64,000 bases of DNA. Source: Eledone cirrhosa (Eukaryota). The DNA is taken from the NCBI GenBank assembly GCA_964016885.1, contig OZ024745.1:29016001-29080000 (forward strand), given 5' to 3'. The notes below the pieces were generated by a model, which worked only from the letters and a program-made list of their open reading frames with translations, ran no database searches and had not been told where the DNA came from. The translations under genes were made by a program, and so were the position numbers. Of this stretch, positions 44,311-57,107 are shown piece by piece. Position 1 is the stretch's first letter. Every line of letters begins with the position of its first letter.

Positions 44311-46286
44311 ATGTGTGTGTATGCATATCTATATTTGTCTGTGAATCTCTTCCCTCTCTATATTTATATATGTGTATCTCTCTTTATATAGCTGTATATA
44401 TGTATATATCATCATTTTACGACCGCTTTCCACGCTGGCATGAGTTGGACAATGTTACACTTCGAGACCAGACAAGTCAGAGTGACCTTAACTTGCTTAT
44501 ACGTTCCATATTTGGCAAGTTTTCTACGATTGCATACCTTTCCTGTTCAATACCCGACTTAACGTATGGCACCATCACTAGCGAGGTTGCCATACGCTCC
44601 TAACCACTAATGAGTCCTCTCTATTCTACATTGATTGCTTGTCAGTTACATGACAAAATGTACTAGGTGCATTTTATCATGGCACCAACACTAGAGAGGA
44701 TGCCATAACCTCAGCATGTGTAAAGAGTCTTCGTTGTCGGATATTTTTGTTTGCTTGTCAACCATGTAGCATAGTGTGAAGTAATTATAATTAAAAAAGA
44801 AAGTACTGGACTATACTAAAGGTATGATATGAAATTACAAGTCTTCCTCATCCAAGAGGACACTATGATAAAATTAAAATTTACAGCTCACACTTATATA
44901 GGTTTAGCCTCTTATAAGGTTGCATCTCATACAAGGTTTCTCCAGTATTTTAACAATTAGAGCCCCCAGTCCCTTCCTGTTGTTGTAGGTACAGCTCACA
45001 CCTATGTAGGTTTACCTGGTCTTATATGAAGTTACCTCTCATACGAGGTTTCTTGGAATATTTTAACAAAAAGAGCCCCCAATCCTATAATGTTGTTGGT
45101 ACAGCTTACATCTATGTTGGTTTAGATGGCCTCCTATGAGGTGTTATGGGTGTTTTAATAATTTGGATCCCAGTTCTAACATGGTAAGCAATCTTGCTCA
45201 AGAACATAAATTACCACTTTATTCAAGCTCTCTACATTCTGAGTTCAAATCCTGCCATGGTCAACTTTGCCCTTCATTCTTTTGAGGTCAATAAAAAATG
45301 TATATCTTTTATATTTCTTTCTCATTTCCTCTCTCTCACTCTTTCCTTGGAGAGAAGATGGTCCACCAGGCTTAAAATGCCATCAGGAGTTCAGGTTAAA
45401 AACACATATTTTATGTATATAATACATTAAACCAATATAGATATATGGGTAATTAAATTCAGTTATTCTTGTGGCACAGCAGAGTAATGATTTATTAAAT
45501 TTATGAGGTTGACTATTACATAAATACTACTTTTGATGGGCTAAAATTCACACTACTATTCAAAATACTGTAACCATTAGTAGAAGCTCAAATAGACTCA
45601 AAATGAATTACCGTAATAATGCCAATGTTTCTATGGACCAAACTCACTTCCTGAATAGCTCTTATATTTTTACAATTGCATACTTCAGGATATATGTAAA
45701 ATTAATTTCTTCATCATAATATCTATGTTCAGGATAATACTTTGATTTGCAAATGTTGATCTGTTGTCCATAAGGAACCATTTACATGAGATGCATGAAG
45801 AAATTCAAATTGGGGTTGGACTTTTACACAAGCATATACAGTATTTAAATGATGTTTTCGTGTGTAGCATTACAATTGAAAAATGAAACATCTTTCTGGA
45901 GTACATTTGATATGGCAGGGGCAGTGGCAGTGAACGTGGGGGTTGATTTAATATTTACTTCCAGAATTTCCAAAGATGGATGCAAACTTAGCATGGATCC
46001 AGTTATTCTGGATTCCTGAGCTGTGAGAAATATCAGTAAGATAACAAGGTGTCTGAGCATTCGAGCAAAGTTTAAAATTTCCACCATGTAATATGGATAG
46101 ATTAAATAATATTTGGTGGGGTATCATTGACAAATGCATATATATTTGAAGAAAATTAAAATATATTATCTGATTCACTGGATTCTTTGCATATATTATA
46201 TAAATATTGCGTATATACATGTAAGGGTTCTCTTGTAGGTATGTGTGTGTGTATGTATGTATATATACATACACACACACACACAC

Positions 46287-46836
46287 TGAATTAAGTGCAA
46301 GAATTGCAGGAGCTGGTGCCATAATATGCCAGTATCAGCATTCAGTAATCAGAAGTAGGGAGGTAGGTGTAAAAGTCACTCGCTACCTTCAATTCGGCAT
46401 TCGTGCCAACCCTTAGCTATGGTCATGAATCTTGGGTAATGATGGAAAGAATACGATCGCAAATACAAGCGGCTGTAATGGGGCTAGTCTGAAGGGTCTT
46501 TGGAGTAACATTACTCAATAGTGTGTGTAGCTTGGGGATCAGAAAATCATTCCAGGTAGAGCTACTACTTCTCCGAATTGAGAGATCACAGCTCCAATTA
46601 TATGGGCATGTGGTTAGAATATCCCAAGAAAGAATTTCTGGACAGATTTTATGGGCAAAACCAACTGGCAGGAGACCCTGAGCAGGATGGTTGGATAACA
46701 TCTATGAGCTTAGCTGGTCTCCCTTGGGGATCCAGCTAGACCAGTTGAAGACAGTTGCTTCTGACAGGACCTGCTGGAACGAGTCTTTGAGGACTCTGCC
46801 CCCATGACCTTCTCAGGAATAAGTGAGCGAAGAAGC
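46287..46836 (+). mobile_element. RTE family-1 3' fragment
   Basis: YGHESWVMMERIRSQIQAAVMG, IERSQLQLYGHVVR; co-linear with the 25145 copy. Confidence 0.85.
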
Positions 46837-47113
46837 CATACATACATGTACGCAGAAGATGGAAGCAATTATAGGGTGTGTGTGAGAAAGACAGATGTCA
46901 TCAGGCTGCGGCTGTCATTACATGGTTTTTATATAATTCCCTATTGACCACTATATATATATATATATTTTAACACTCCTAATGCCATTAGTTCTTCAGT
47001 CATAGATCTTTGTTGAGATGGCACATTGCAAGGAATAGACATTTCATGTAACATGCGTGAAAACAAACATATATATATATATACACACACATATGCATGT
47101 AAATGTTCACATA

Positions 47114-48059
47114 TGTTAGTGTCATCGAGAAATAAAAGACTGGTCGGTAAAAAGCTGGAAGAATTCATCACATTCATGAACCCTTCAAATGTTACCGGAC
47201 ATGAAAACCCTACTCTTTATTTCAGGCACAAAAGCCCTACACTAACCCTTCCAATATATCCTAAACCACCTCTACTTTTGCGAGTTTCAAAACTTTAAGG
47301 GTGAAGAAATAAAGCTGTACAGGCTAGATTCTGTTTCTGTAAGACACAGGGAGTAATCACTTCTAATATCACTGCAGAGAGTAGACGGGGATGCTACAAG
47401 TTATAGAAAGCAGCCTGTCTAGGAGAGCAGTAACTCTAAATTCTAACTGATACAGGGTAGAGAAAACTCTTAGGTCACTACTGCTGAGAGACATGATAAA
47501 ATGCACCCAGTCCATGTAAAGTAGTTGGCAATAGGAAGGGCATCCAGCCAGAAAACTGTTACAAGAGAAAAGGGAATGAGATCAAAAGAAGCAACTTCAG
47601 AAGCATTAAACTAATAGATCAAATTATGAAAGTGACAGAAAGACTATTAGCACAACTCATTAGAGAAAGAGCAAAATTAAATGAGTTGAAGTTTTGTTTC
47701 ATATCAGAGAAGAGCACCACAGATACCCTCTTCTTAGTGAGACAACTACAAGAAAGTTCCTAGCTAAGCGTAAGCCACAATATCTTTTGTTGATCTAGAG
47801 AAGGCCTTTGACAGAGTCCGATGATCTGTCATCTGGTGGGCCCTAAGGAAACTTGGTGTAGAAGAAAGGCTTGTGAGAGAGCAGTGCAAACTATGTATAG
47901 AGCAATTGTAGGAGTAGTGAAATGAATCTTTTCCAATCCCAAGAAAGTAGTTGATAGTTTCTGTTACTTAAGCGACTTTATTCGCAGAGGAGAAGGTTGC
48001 TCTGAAAGCATAGTAGCTAGAATAAAAACAGGCTACTGTTGACAACAAAGGGTTATTTT
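47114..48059 (+). repeat. Left arm of second inverted duplication (partner 49870-50835); contains decayed RTE RT
   Basis: Near-identical reverse complement of the partner; includes DLEKAFDRV and VIWWALRKLGVEE. Confidence 0.93.
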
Positions 48060-49418
48060 TTAGACCTTATGTATATGAGGTCTGAAAGAGAGGACATCTT
48101 GAAGCTACTCTTTAAAAAACTACTAAGATGGAAGATACAATACATATTCTCAAAGATCTACCAACTATAAACAGGATCTTTCAGTACATGGAGTCTACGA
48201 AAAGATTCAGCTCTTTTACAGTTCTTGTGTTTCACTCTTTTACTTATTTATACTTCCTTTGCCTCTTGTTCTCTTTACTTTTTTTTTCTGACTTTTGTTT
48301 TTGTTTCTTAATTGTAAGGGGTACCAGATACCACTCCTAGTCTGTCCTGGCTTACTAGCTCTATATGGACGTTTAAATTGATTAAATAAATAAATAGAAT
48401 TTATGACAAACTTTCTACGATACTGGACAAAATCCATTACATAGTCAAAAAAACAAAACAAAAAAAACAATTTCAATAGGTAGTTTTAGTTGTTTGTTTA
48501 CCAGGTAAATTTCATTTAATAATTTTAGCTATTAAAACTAGATAGATTTCGTTTTATTTTTTACTATGTGGTGTTTTGTCTGGTAGGAGTGGAAGATTTT
48601 GTCTTGGGGATTATTGTTTAATAGTAGTAGAGAGGCGGAGGCTGTCTAGTAGGGATTTTGTTCCTATCCTTATATAGGTAATGTACACACTAGTAAATTG
48701 GGAGAATCTGTGTATGTGTGATTGGATTTACATGGGAATATATGTATGTTGTATGAGTGCTTGATAAAACACTTATTTCCTGCGTGTGTGTATGTGATGT
48801 GTGATTCAGCGTTTAGATGTGTATGAGATATATGTATGTTTGTATGTGTGTCTAGTAGCAGATGTCAACATCCTAGTTTATCTGTCTATCTGTGTGTGTG
48901 TATGTGACTCAACAAGTAGTTGTGTATGCATGTTTGTGACTACAGATATCAGCATACTAGACTGTCTGTCTGATGTGTGTATGTGTGGTCTATGACTGCA
49001 TATCAACATGCTAGTCTCTGTTTTTGAGTGCTTGTATGTGTATATGTGTATGTCCTATGACTGCACTATCAGCATGCCAGTCTGTTTGTATGTGTCTGTG
49101 CCCTGTGACCACAGATATCAGCATGCTAGTCTGTTTGTCTTTCTGTGGTTGTATGTGTATGTAGAGAAAGACAGATAATGCGGGGGAGATGAGTGGAGGA
49201 ATTCTCGGTTGGGCATATTGAGATGTTCATTACCATAGCAGCAACAACAGCAGTTTCTCACAAGACCAGACAGCTTATGTCATTCTCTTTTTCTCTTCTA
49301 TACATGTATCTGACTCTCTCTTTTATATTAGTGGACCTGTGTTGTCAATAATGACGGTAATAAGTGTTTAACATATTTAATTTTTGGTGTCCAGGATTGA
49401 TATGCCATATTAATCAAG

Positions 49419-49454
<36 letters not shown>

Positions 49455-49479
49455 TGTGATATATATAGCTTTTCCTTGC

Positions 49480-50835
49480 TTGCCTGGGTTGGGTGGATCT
49501 TTTCCAGCACATACTCCTTCCACTTGTAGTGTTCCTTTGTCATCTCCTCTGCCCAGTTTTTTTTTTGGTCTTCCTCTACCACAACTTCCTTCCACTAGCA
49601 TCATCTGGCACTTCACCCAGCATTCATCATTTATACCCATCACATGTCCATTCCAACACAGTCTTCTCTCTTGCACACTACATTTGATTCCTCTTATACA
49701 CAGCTTTTCTCACAGTTCATCCATACCACACTGTTTGTTAAATCCAATGGAGCTTGCTTACTTCATTTCTCTCCAGCATTTGTATATCCTCTACATTTAC
49801 TGTTTATATCTCTCTGCCATGCAACATTGCACTTCCCACGCAAGTATCATACAATCTACCCTTCGTTCAAAATAACCCTTTGTTGTCAACAGTAGTATTC
49901 CCTAAATTTTTTCTAGCCTGTTCTTATTCTAGCTACTATGCTTTCAGAGCAACCTTCTCCTCTGCGAATAAAGTCGCTTAAGTAACAGAAACTATCAACT
50001 ACTTTCTTGGGATTGGAAAAGATTCATTTCACTACTCCTACAATTGCTCTATACATAGTTTGCACTGCTCTCTCACAAGCCTTTCTTCTACACCAAGTTT
50101 CCTTAGGGCCCACCAGATGACAGATCATCGGACTCTGTCAAAGGCCTTCTCTAGATCAACAAAAGATATTGTGGCTTACGCTTAGCTAGGAACTTTCTTG
50201 TAGTTGTCTCACTAAGAAGAGGGTATCTGTGGTGCTCCTCTCTGATATGAAACAAAACTTCAACTCATTTAATTTTGCTCTTTCTCTAATGAGTTGTGCT
50301 AATAGTCTTTCTGTCACTTTCATAATTTGATCTATTAGTTTAATGCTTCTGAAGTTGCTTCTTTCGATCTCATTCCCTTTTCTCTTGTAACAGTTTTCTG
50401 GCTGGATGCCCTTCCTATTGCCAACTACTTTACATGGACTGGGTGCATTTTATCATGTCTCTCAGCAGTAGTGACCTAAGAGTTTTCTCTACCCTGTATC
50501 AGTTAGAATTTAGAGTTACTGCTCTCCTAGACAGGCTGCTTTCTATAACTTGTAGCATCCCCGTCTACTCTCTGCAGTGATATTAGAAGTGATTACTCCC
50601 TGTGTCTTACAGAAACAGAATCTAGCCTGTACAGCTTTATTTCTTCACCCTTAAAGTTTTGAAACTCGCAAGAGTAGAGGTGGTTTAGGATATATTGGAA
50701 GGGTTAGTGTAGGGCTTTTGTGCCTGAAATAAAGAGTAGGGTTTTCATGTCCAGTAACATTTGAAGGGTTCATGAATGTGATGAATTCTTCCAGCTTTTT
50801 ACCGACCAGTCTTTTATTTCTCGATGACACTAACA
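49480..50835 (-). mobile_element. Decayed RTE family-2 element plus flank; 49870-50835 is the right arm of the inverted duplication
   Basis: RT remnants continue into QERRLCWNGHVM...GRGRPKK and the 3' tail. Confidence 0.85.
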
Positions 50836-51199
50836 AACCACCACCTCAAAATAAGCACAACATATCTGTTAGTTCACAGTATAGAAGAAGATTTTGAAAT
50901 CGGCAACATAGGTAGATTTTGAGCGATAACTTACTTCACCTCAAGTAGATGAAGGGTGGAATATAGAGTAGAAGTGATGATGAAACCTTAGAAACAAGCA
51001 TGAAAAACTGGAAAAATAGGGTAATCAGAGAAGAGAAACTAAGCAGCAGGTACACTTAGCAAGGAGGGAGGCAGAAAGTAAGAAGTTTGTGCATGTTTTA
51101 CACTGTGAAGGCATGAGGTGTTCAGTGTTGCAAGGCAGTGTGTGAGGGAAAATCAAAATGTGGGGGAGTATATTTGTAATGACAGTGGTGCACTTGCTT

Positions 51200-52250
51200 T
51201 CAACACTGGTAAAAAGAAAGAGGTGTGAAAGTACCATAATGAGAGATTTTTGAATGAGGAGAATATATGAGAGGAAGATAGTCTGCCCCAAGTAGACCCA
51301 ACAGAGGGACCAACCATTTAAGTTAGCAACAATATGGTAAGGTAATTAAGGATATGAAAACTGCTGGCCCTTCAGGAAAAGTTGCTACATTGTTGAAAGT
51401 ATCTGGTATGGTGAGTCACATGTTAACTGTGCATATAGTAAACCAGGTCATTACAGGATGGCATCATATTTAATGACTGGCATAGCAGCATCATTGTCAA
51501 CTACTGCAAGAGCAAAGGGGATATACAAGACAGAAGAAACTATTGAGGCATCAAGTTGGTAGATCAGGTTATGAAATTTACTAAAAGATTTAATTGCATG
51601 ACTGTTTAAGGATCAAGTCAACCTAGACAAGATACAGTTTGGAAACTGTGGCATGTGAGAGTGGTACAAGCCTTGTATAGAGGTACAGTCAGCAAGGTTA
51701 GTTAACAATGAGTGAGGTTTCACTTGGGCTTTGTCCTCAGCTCCCTCCTATTTATTATTGTCTTCCAGGCTACAACAAAGTTAAACGCCGATGATCTAGT
51801 CTTCATAGCTGAATCTTCGATGTAATTAGAGAAGAAATTCTGGAATTGGAAGGCCTTAATATCAATTTGGCAAAGATTAAAGTCCTAAATGGTCTTGCTG
51901 AGTATGCAGGAAAGTAGGTGGTAGAAATTCCATTGTGTACCAAATGTAAACAATGAGTACACAAGAGATGTAGTGGGATCTCAGGCAGATGCACAGACGC
52001 AGTAAGCAGCAAGTGCTCACATGAAACAAGCTCTATAAAATACTCAGAGGACCCCATAGAAGTAGTTGATAGTTCCTGCTACTTAGGTGACCTAATTTGT
52101 AGTGGCAGTGGGTGTCCTGAAAGTAGAACAGTGTGGAAGATATTCAGGGAGCTACTACTGCTACTGGCTACAAAAGGTTTCTCTCATAGTAAATAGCAGA
52201 TTGTATGATGTTTGTGTAGGGAACAGCAATGCTGCATGAAAGTGAGACCA
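51200..52250 (+). mobile_element. Heavily decayed RTE family-2 RT region
   Basis: NY*GIKLVDQVMK, LSSLLFIIVFQA, ADDL, CTKCKQ*VHKRCSGI, EVVDSSCYLGDL. Confidence 0.75.
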
Positions 52251-55200
52251 CCACCCATTTAGCTCTAATATACCCCACCCTTAGATAATGGTGGGTTTGA
52301 GAGGATAGAGGGAAAAACTGTATTGTTTTATGTCCTCCTGTAGGGTAGTGGTGGTGAGGCTAAGAAGTTGTGAGTACTACTGTATTGCCTTGCCCTTTTT
52401 CAGTAATATTGGGGTGGTGGTGGTTCTCAGCCGATATAGGCAATACTATATTGCCTTATTACCCTGTACTGGTGGGGGTCGGTGGAAGAGGATAAAAGTA
52501 ATATTGTATTACCTTCAAGCTTCCTACCCAAGTGTGTATGTGTCTGTTTTCACCTAGGTTTTTCCTGGCTATTTATATATTATGTAATATGTTCCTTGGA
52601 GAGCTGTACTGTTAGTTGTGGTGGTGGTGTTAGTAATAGTAGTATTTTTAGAAGTGATAGCAACAGTAGTATTGAATGTAATATTAGTAGTAGTTTTTCT
52701 TTTTTTTTTCTTTCTCTGATTACTTTCATTCTGCAAATTGTTAATCTTTTGAGCAGTCAGGTAAATAAAATTACTTTGCCACATTTATTAAGGATGAAAA
52801 TATTATTTCAAATGCAACCAAAATATACTTTGTAGAGAATGATTTATATATAAGACAAACTTGCACTAAATAATTGGCAGATAATCAGTATTGACCATAT
52901 CGGCCATTTTGCTGATTAATCAGCTTTTATAATTGGCTTTTATTGTTTTAGAGCCAGAAAATTATGAGTGACAGAGACATTTGGAAACATATTGGATTCA
53001 ATATGTAGATACATCTTCTTCTTGAGTCATCCTTTTTTTTCTAATGGCTAGAATATATGTGGCTTAACACACCTGCATACTCACAGAGATTTCTCCTCTA
53101 ACTGGAGCAGTTGTGCCAACCTATTGTCGAATTAATAGTCGATCATCTGTGAAGTCACTGGTGTTCACAGCGCTGAGGTCATCTAATTAAATTGATGATC
53201 GTCACATGAGCTATTGCTTACTATGAGACAAGCAGGATTTTTATTGAGGCTTGTTCCTCTAGATCCGACCTCTTCTGCTAGACTATCCTATGATAGGCTT
53301 ATCAGAAACTCCTCGTGTAGGATGTGGCTCTTCACCACGCAGGTCTGTCTTTGAACTGAGAGATGCTAGGTGCTCAGCTTCACTGAGCATATATTGTGCG
53401 TCATCAGTTCGCTGAGTGGCAAGTTGAACTGAAACTGGGACACATGGGTATGTCACAAAAGACCATCCAGTGTCAATCAGTGAAAGCTACTACAGCTCTG
53501 TACACTCTTAAATACATAAGAAACATTAGTTCCTAGGGCACACAATCTACGCACATAAGTGTAATATAACTCTATTCCTAGTGCTAAACATTCTGACTTA
53601 GACAATTAGAAATTTCTTACATGAAACAAGCTTTACCAAATGTTCTGAGGGTTTCACAGAAGTAGTTGACAGCTTCTGTTACCTGGGTCACCAATTTGGC
53701 AGTGGAGATGGGTGTTATTGCCCAGGGGGCATAATTCCCTCTAGGTTAAAATGTGTCAAAGTAGAAGAGACCCTCTTACCCTCCCGAAAGGATATGTTTA
53801 CTGATCTTTTAAAAAGGAATTATTTTATGATATTAACAAATTTTCCAGTAACAATGATTCTGTTATCTTAACTTCCTCAAACAAAATATAAAGTTTAATG
53901 ATCAAATTTAAGAACTCATAAATTATAATGTAAAAACATTCAAATTTCTCCAGTTTCAAAGCATAGCTAATTACTTGCAGACTTGTATATGTTACCTACT
54001 GGAGTAAAATCAACCAATTTTGTTATTATGTTGCCCTATAATTGTGACTAATTATGAAATATTTTACTTAAAATTAATTATAATACACATTTTCATATCA
54101 TCATAAAACATAATTACGTTATAGATAATCAGTGGTTGATTAGTCAGTATCAGCTGATAATGTAAGGCCAATTAATTGGTAATCGGCCAATTTACTTATT
54201 GGTGCTTCTAATATATGAACTGCAGCCTTATTTCCCTTAACCACAATCAGTTGCATGGTCTAGTGGCTCAGGATCATTCAATTTCTGCATCAGGAAGTGT
54301 ATTATGTTTAAGAGCAAAATACTTCATTTCAAATTGTTCCAACAGATAGTATTAGCAATGGAAACATTTCAAATTGTTCCAACAGATAGTATTAGCAATG
54401 GAAACATCTAATGATTGACCTATTTTGCTAGGTGTTGTGACTGTCAAATAGTATCTACACTGTAAAGACCAAAGGAAACATTATTTACTTGGTCTAATTA
54501 ATGATCGGCTCCTTTTCCTTTAATTGTAGAATTTACATTTCTTTGAGATTTCCCAAAAAGTTTTTGCAAACGAAATACACTTGAAATAAGAAAGATTTAT
54601 ATAAGTGGCAGCAGTGTTGATTATATTAGGTGTAGCAGTATTGAATGCAATAGTAGTCATAGTAGTAATAGTATTGCTTGTAATTGGTGTCACTTGATTA
54701 ACTACTGACAGTCAATTATTATCTACTAGTCCACAATCCATTGTTTTACAGATGGTATAAGTAACAAGTTACTCCACCAAACTTTAACAATGCTATGTTT
54801 GTGAATTGAATCATCATCATCACTGTTTAATGTCCGTTCCATGCAAGCGTGGGTTAGATGAGTTGCTCCATTGGGAGACAAGCTAGGTCAGATGACCATG
54901 TCTTGCTCATTCAGAACTGGTTTTGGCTTAGTTTCTATGAATGGATGCCCTTCCTAACACTAACCACATTTAGTGTGTGCTGGGTGCTTTTTCTTGTGAC
55001 ACCTACACGACCACTTTACAGTGTGGGATGGACACTTTTTGTCATGTCGCCATCACAACCAGTTTACAGTGTGGGGGGATTGGGGAGGTAAATCTAGAGG
55101 GGTGTGCAAGGGGTGGAGTGTTCATGTGTGGGAGGTGCAAGGGGTGGAGTGTTCATGTGTGAGAGGTGCAAGAGGGCTGGGACATGGACGAAGGGAGGGG

Positions 55201-55847
55201 TGTTAAGGTGGGTATATGAGAGGGGGAGGGTAGTGCATACAAGATGCATGCTTCAAACTGTGCACATGGGAAGGTGGGTCTTCTGTATTACTGCATAATG
55301 CTAGAGATCTCAATCTTTTGAGAGGTGCAATAATGCAAGCTCAGCTTTTATCACCTAATCCCAAGTCTTCCTACATCTTCCTACACCATAGCTTTCATCA
55401 ACTTTGAGCCCCTTGGACCTTTTTATACAGCTGCCATCCTTCATATGCATCATATATAGGAACTTGAATAATGGTCTTACTAGTCTCAATTAGTAACCAA
55501 TTATCTCACCCTCTCCCTCTCTCTCTATATATATACACACACACACACGCATATATACACAGTATATATATATATATATATGTATAAATATATGTGTGTA
55601 TATATAATATAAATATCTATGTATGTATATGCATTCCCCCTACACCCCTCTTTTGCCATACATGTGTTTTCCATGAATTCTAAATATACATTTTTGACTG
55701 TTTTTTGAGAATTTGACAGATGGAACAAAAACTCCAGTACACTACTTTTAATAAAATAGATATACAGTACAATATAGTGTGTTGTATTGTATGACTTGTC
55801 TACAATGTGTGTGTGACATAGTTGGTCAATGTATCGACACTATATAG

Positions 55848-56191
55848 CAGTCATGGGCAAACTGCAGCATGTGAGCTGCATGTGAGCTGCATGTGACCCA
55901 TCTAGCTTTCTGAATGGCACACCTAATTTCTATATTGCCTTGAATTTTTTAGTAGTGTGGCCTGCCTTATGTGGCCCACCATATGATGAGCCACATCCTA
56001 TGTGGCCCACCATATGATGAGCCATATCCTATGTGGCCCACCATATGATGAGCCACATCCTATGTGGCCCACCCTATGATGAGCCATATCCTATGTGGCC
56101 CACCCTATGATGAGCCATATCCTATGTGGTCCACCTTATGATGAACCACATCCTATGGGGCCCACTGCTTGAAAAAACTTGCCTATTCTTG
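55848..56191 (+). mobile_element. hAT (Charlie-like) MITE containing six 31-bp tandem repeats
   Basis: 8-bp TSD ctatatag (55840-55847 and 56192-56199). Ends cagtcatgggcaaact / aacttgcctattcttg. Unit tatgtggcccaccatatgatgagccacatcc at 55968-56165. Confidence 0.8.
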
Positions 56192-57054
56192 CTATATAGT
56201 ATAGTAGTATATCATATAGAATAGTACACAGTACAATATATAGTACAGTATATTATATTACTGTGTTATAGTACAGAAGTTCTCAAAGTGGATGCTACCA
56301 CCTCCTGGGGGGGGGGGGGGGCATTGAGAAGGTCCAGAGTGGTGGTGGGGGGTGCTACAGATATAATAGTATATTAAATATCAAATGATACACATATATA
56401 GTAAATATAGTAAAATAAAAATCGCGTATCATTCCATATTTAAGTATGGTCAATGAAGAATATGTGCCAATAGCCGGCTCTGGTTGGATTTCAGGTACTT
56501 TTGCATGTCGTATATTACTGTGCAGTACAGTATAGTATATTACAGTGCAGTACAGTATAATATACAGTATATTATATTACTGGATAGTGTACATTATACT
56601 ATAGTATATTACTGTGTAATACAGTATAGTATATTACAGTATATTACAGTATATCATATTACTGTATAGTATACAGTATATTTATTATATTATATTACAG
56701 TGGAATGCAGTATAATGAGTTGTCATATGAACTCTCTACATTTTACATGTGACATATTGTGTCAATGACTTCTCAAAATTAGGGTGTGGTGTGCTATGAC
56801 TATTGGGGGTGGGTGGGGTTGGTAAAGTTATAGTACTTGTTCATTTATTGAATCTGTGTGTTTTAGCACTAGCATGGTGTGATTCATATTAAAGGTGTAT
56901 ATGGAAGCACAAATAATGTTTTTGTATATTAAACATGTCTCATTGGGTGTGATATAATCTGTGACAATGGCCAGGCACTAACATTTCAGGAATTTTAAAA
57001 AACCATTTTGAAAATCTATAAGGTGTATATTATCCTTTCTTGCTACTGAGTGAG

Positions 57055-57107
57055 TAAATGTCACTGAAGATAGGTAAATCATCCTGAAACACTGATGTCA
57101 GGTGTTC
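57055..57107 (+). ncRNA. Type I hammerhead-like motif, weak stem I
   Basis: CTGAAGA-t-AGG-taaatcat-CCT-GAAA-CA-ctga-TGTC (GUC triplet at 57097-57099). Stem I is mostly G-U pairs with an A-A first position. Confidence 0.45.

Noticed and set aside
52855-54210. Possible old hAT element with atcggcc subterminal motifs
   Set aside because: TIRs and TSD are too degenerate, and no transposase motif was recognised
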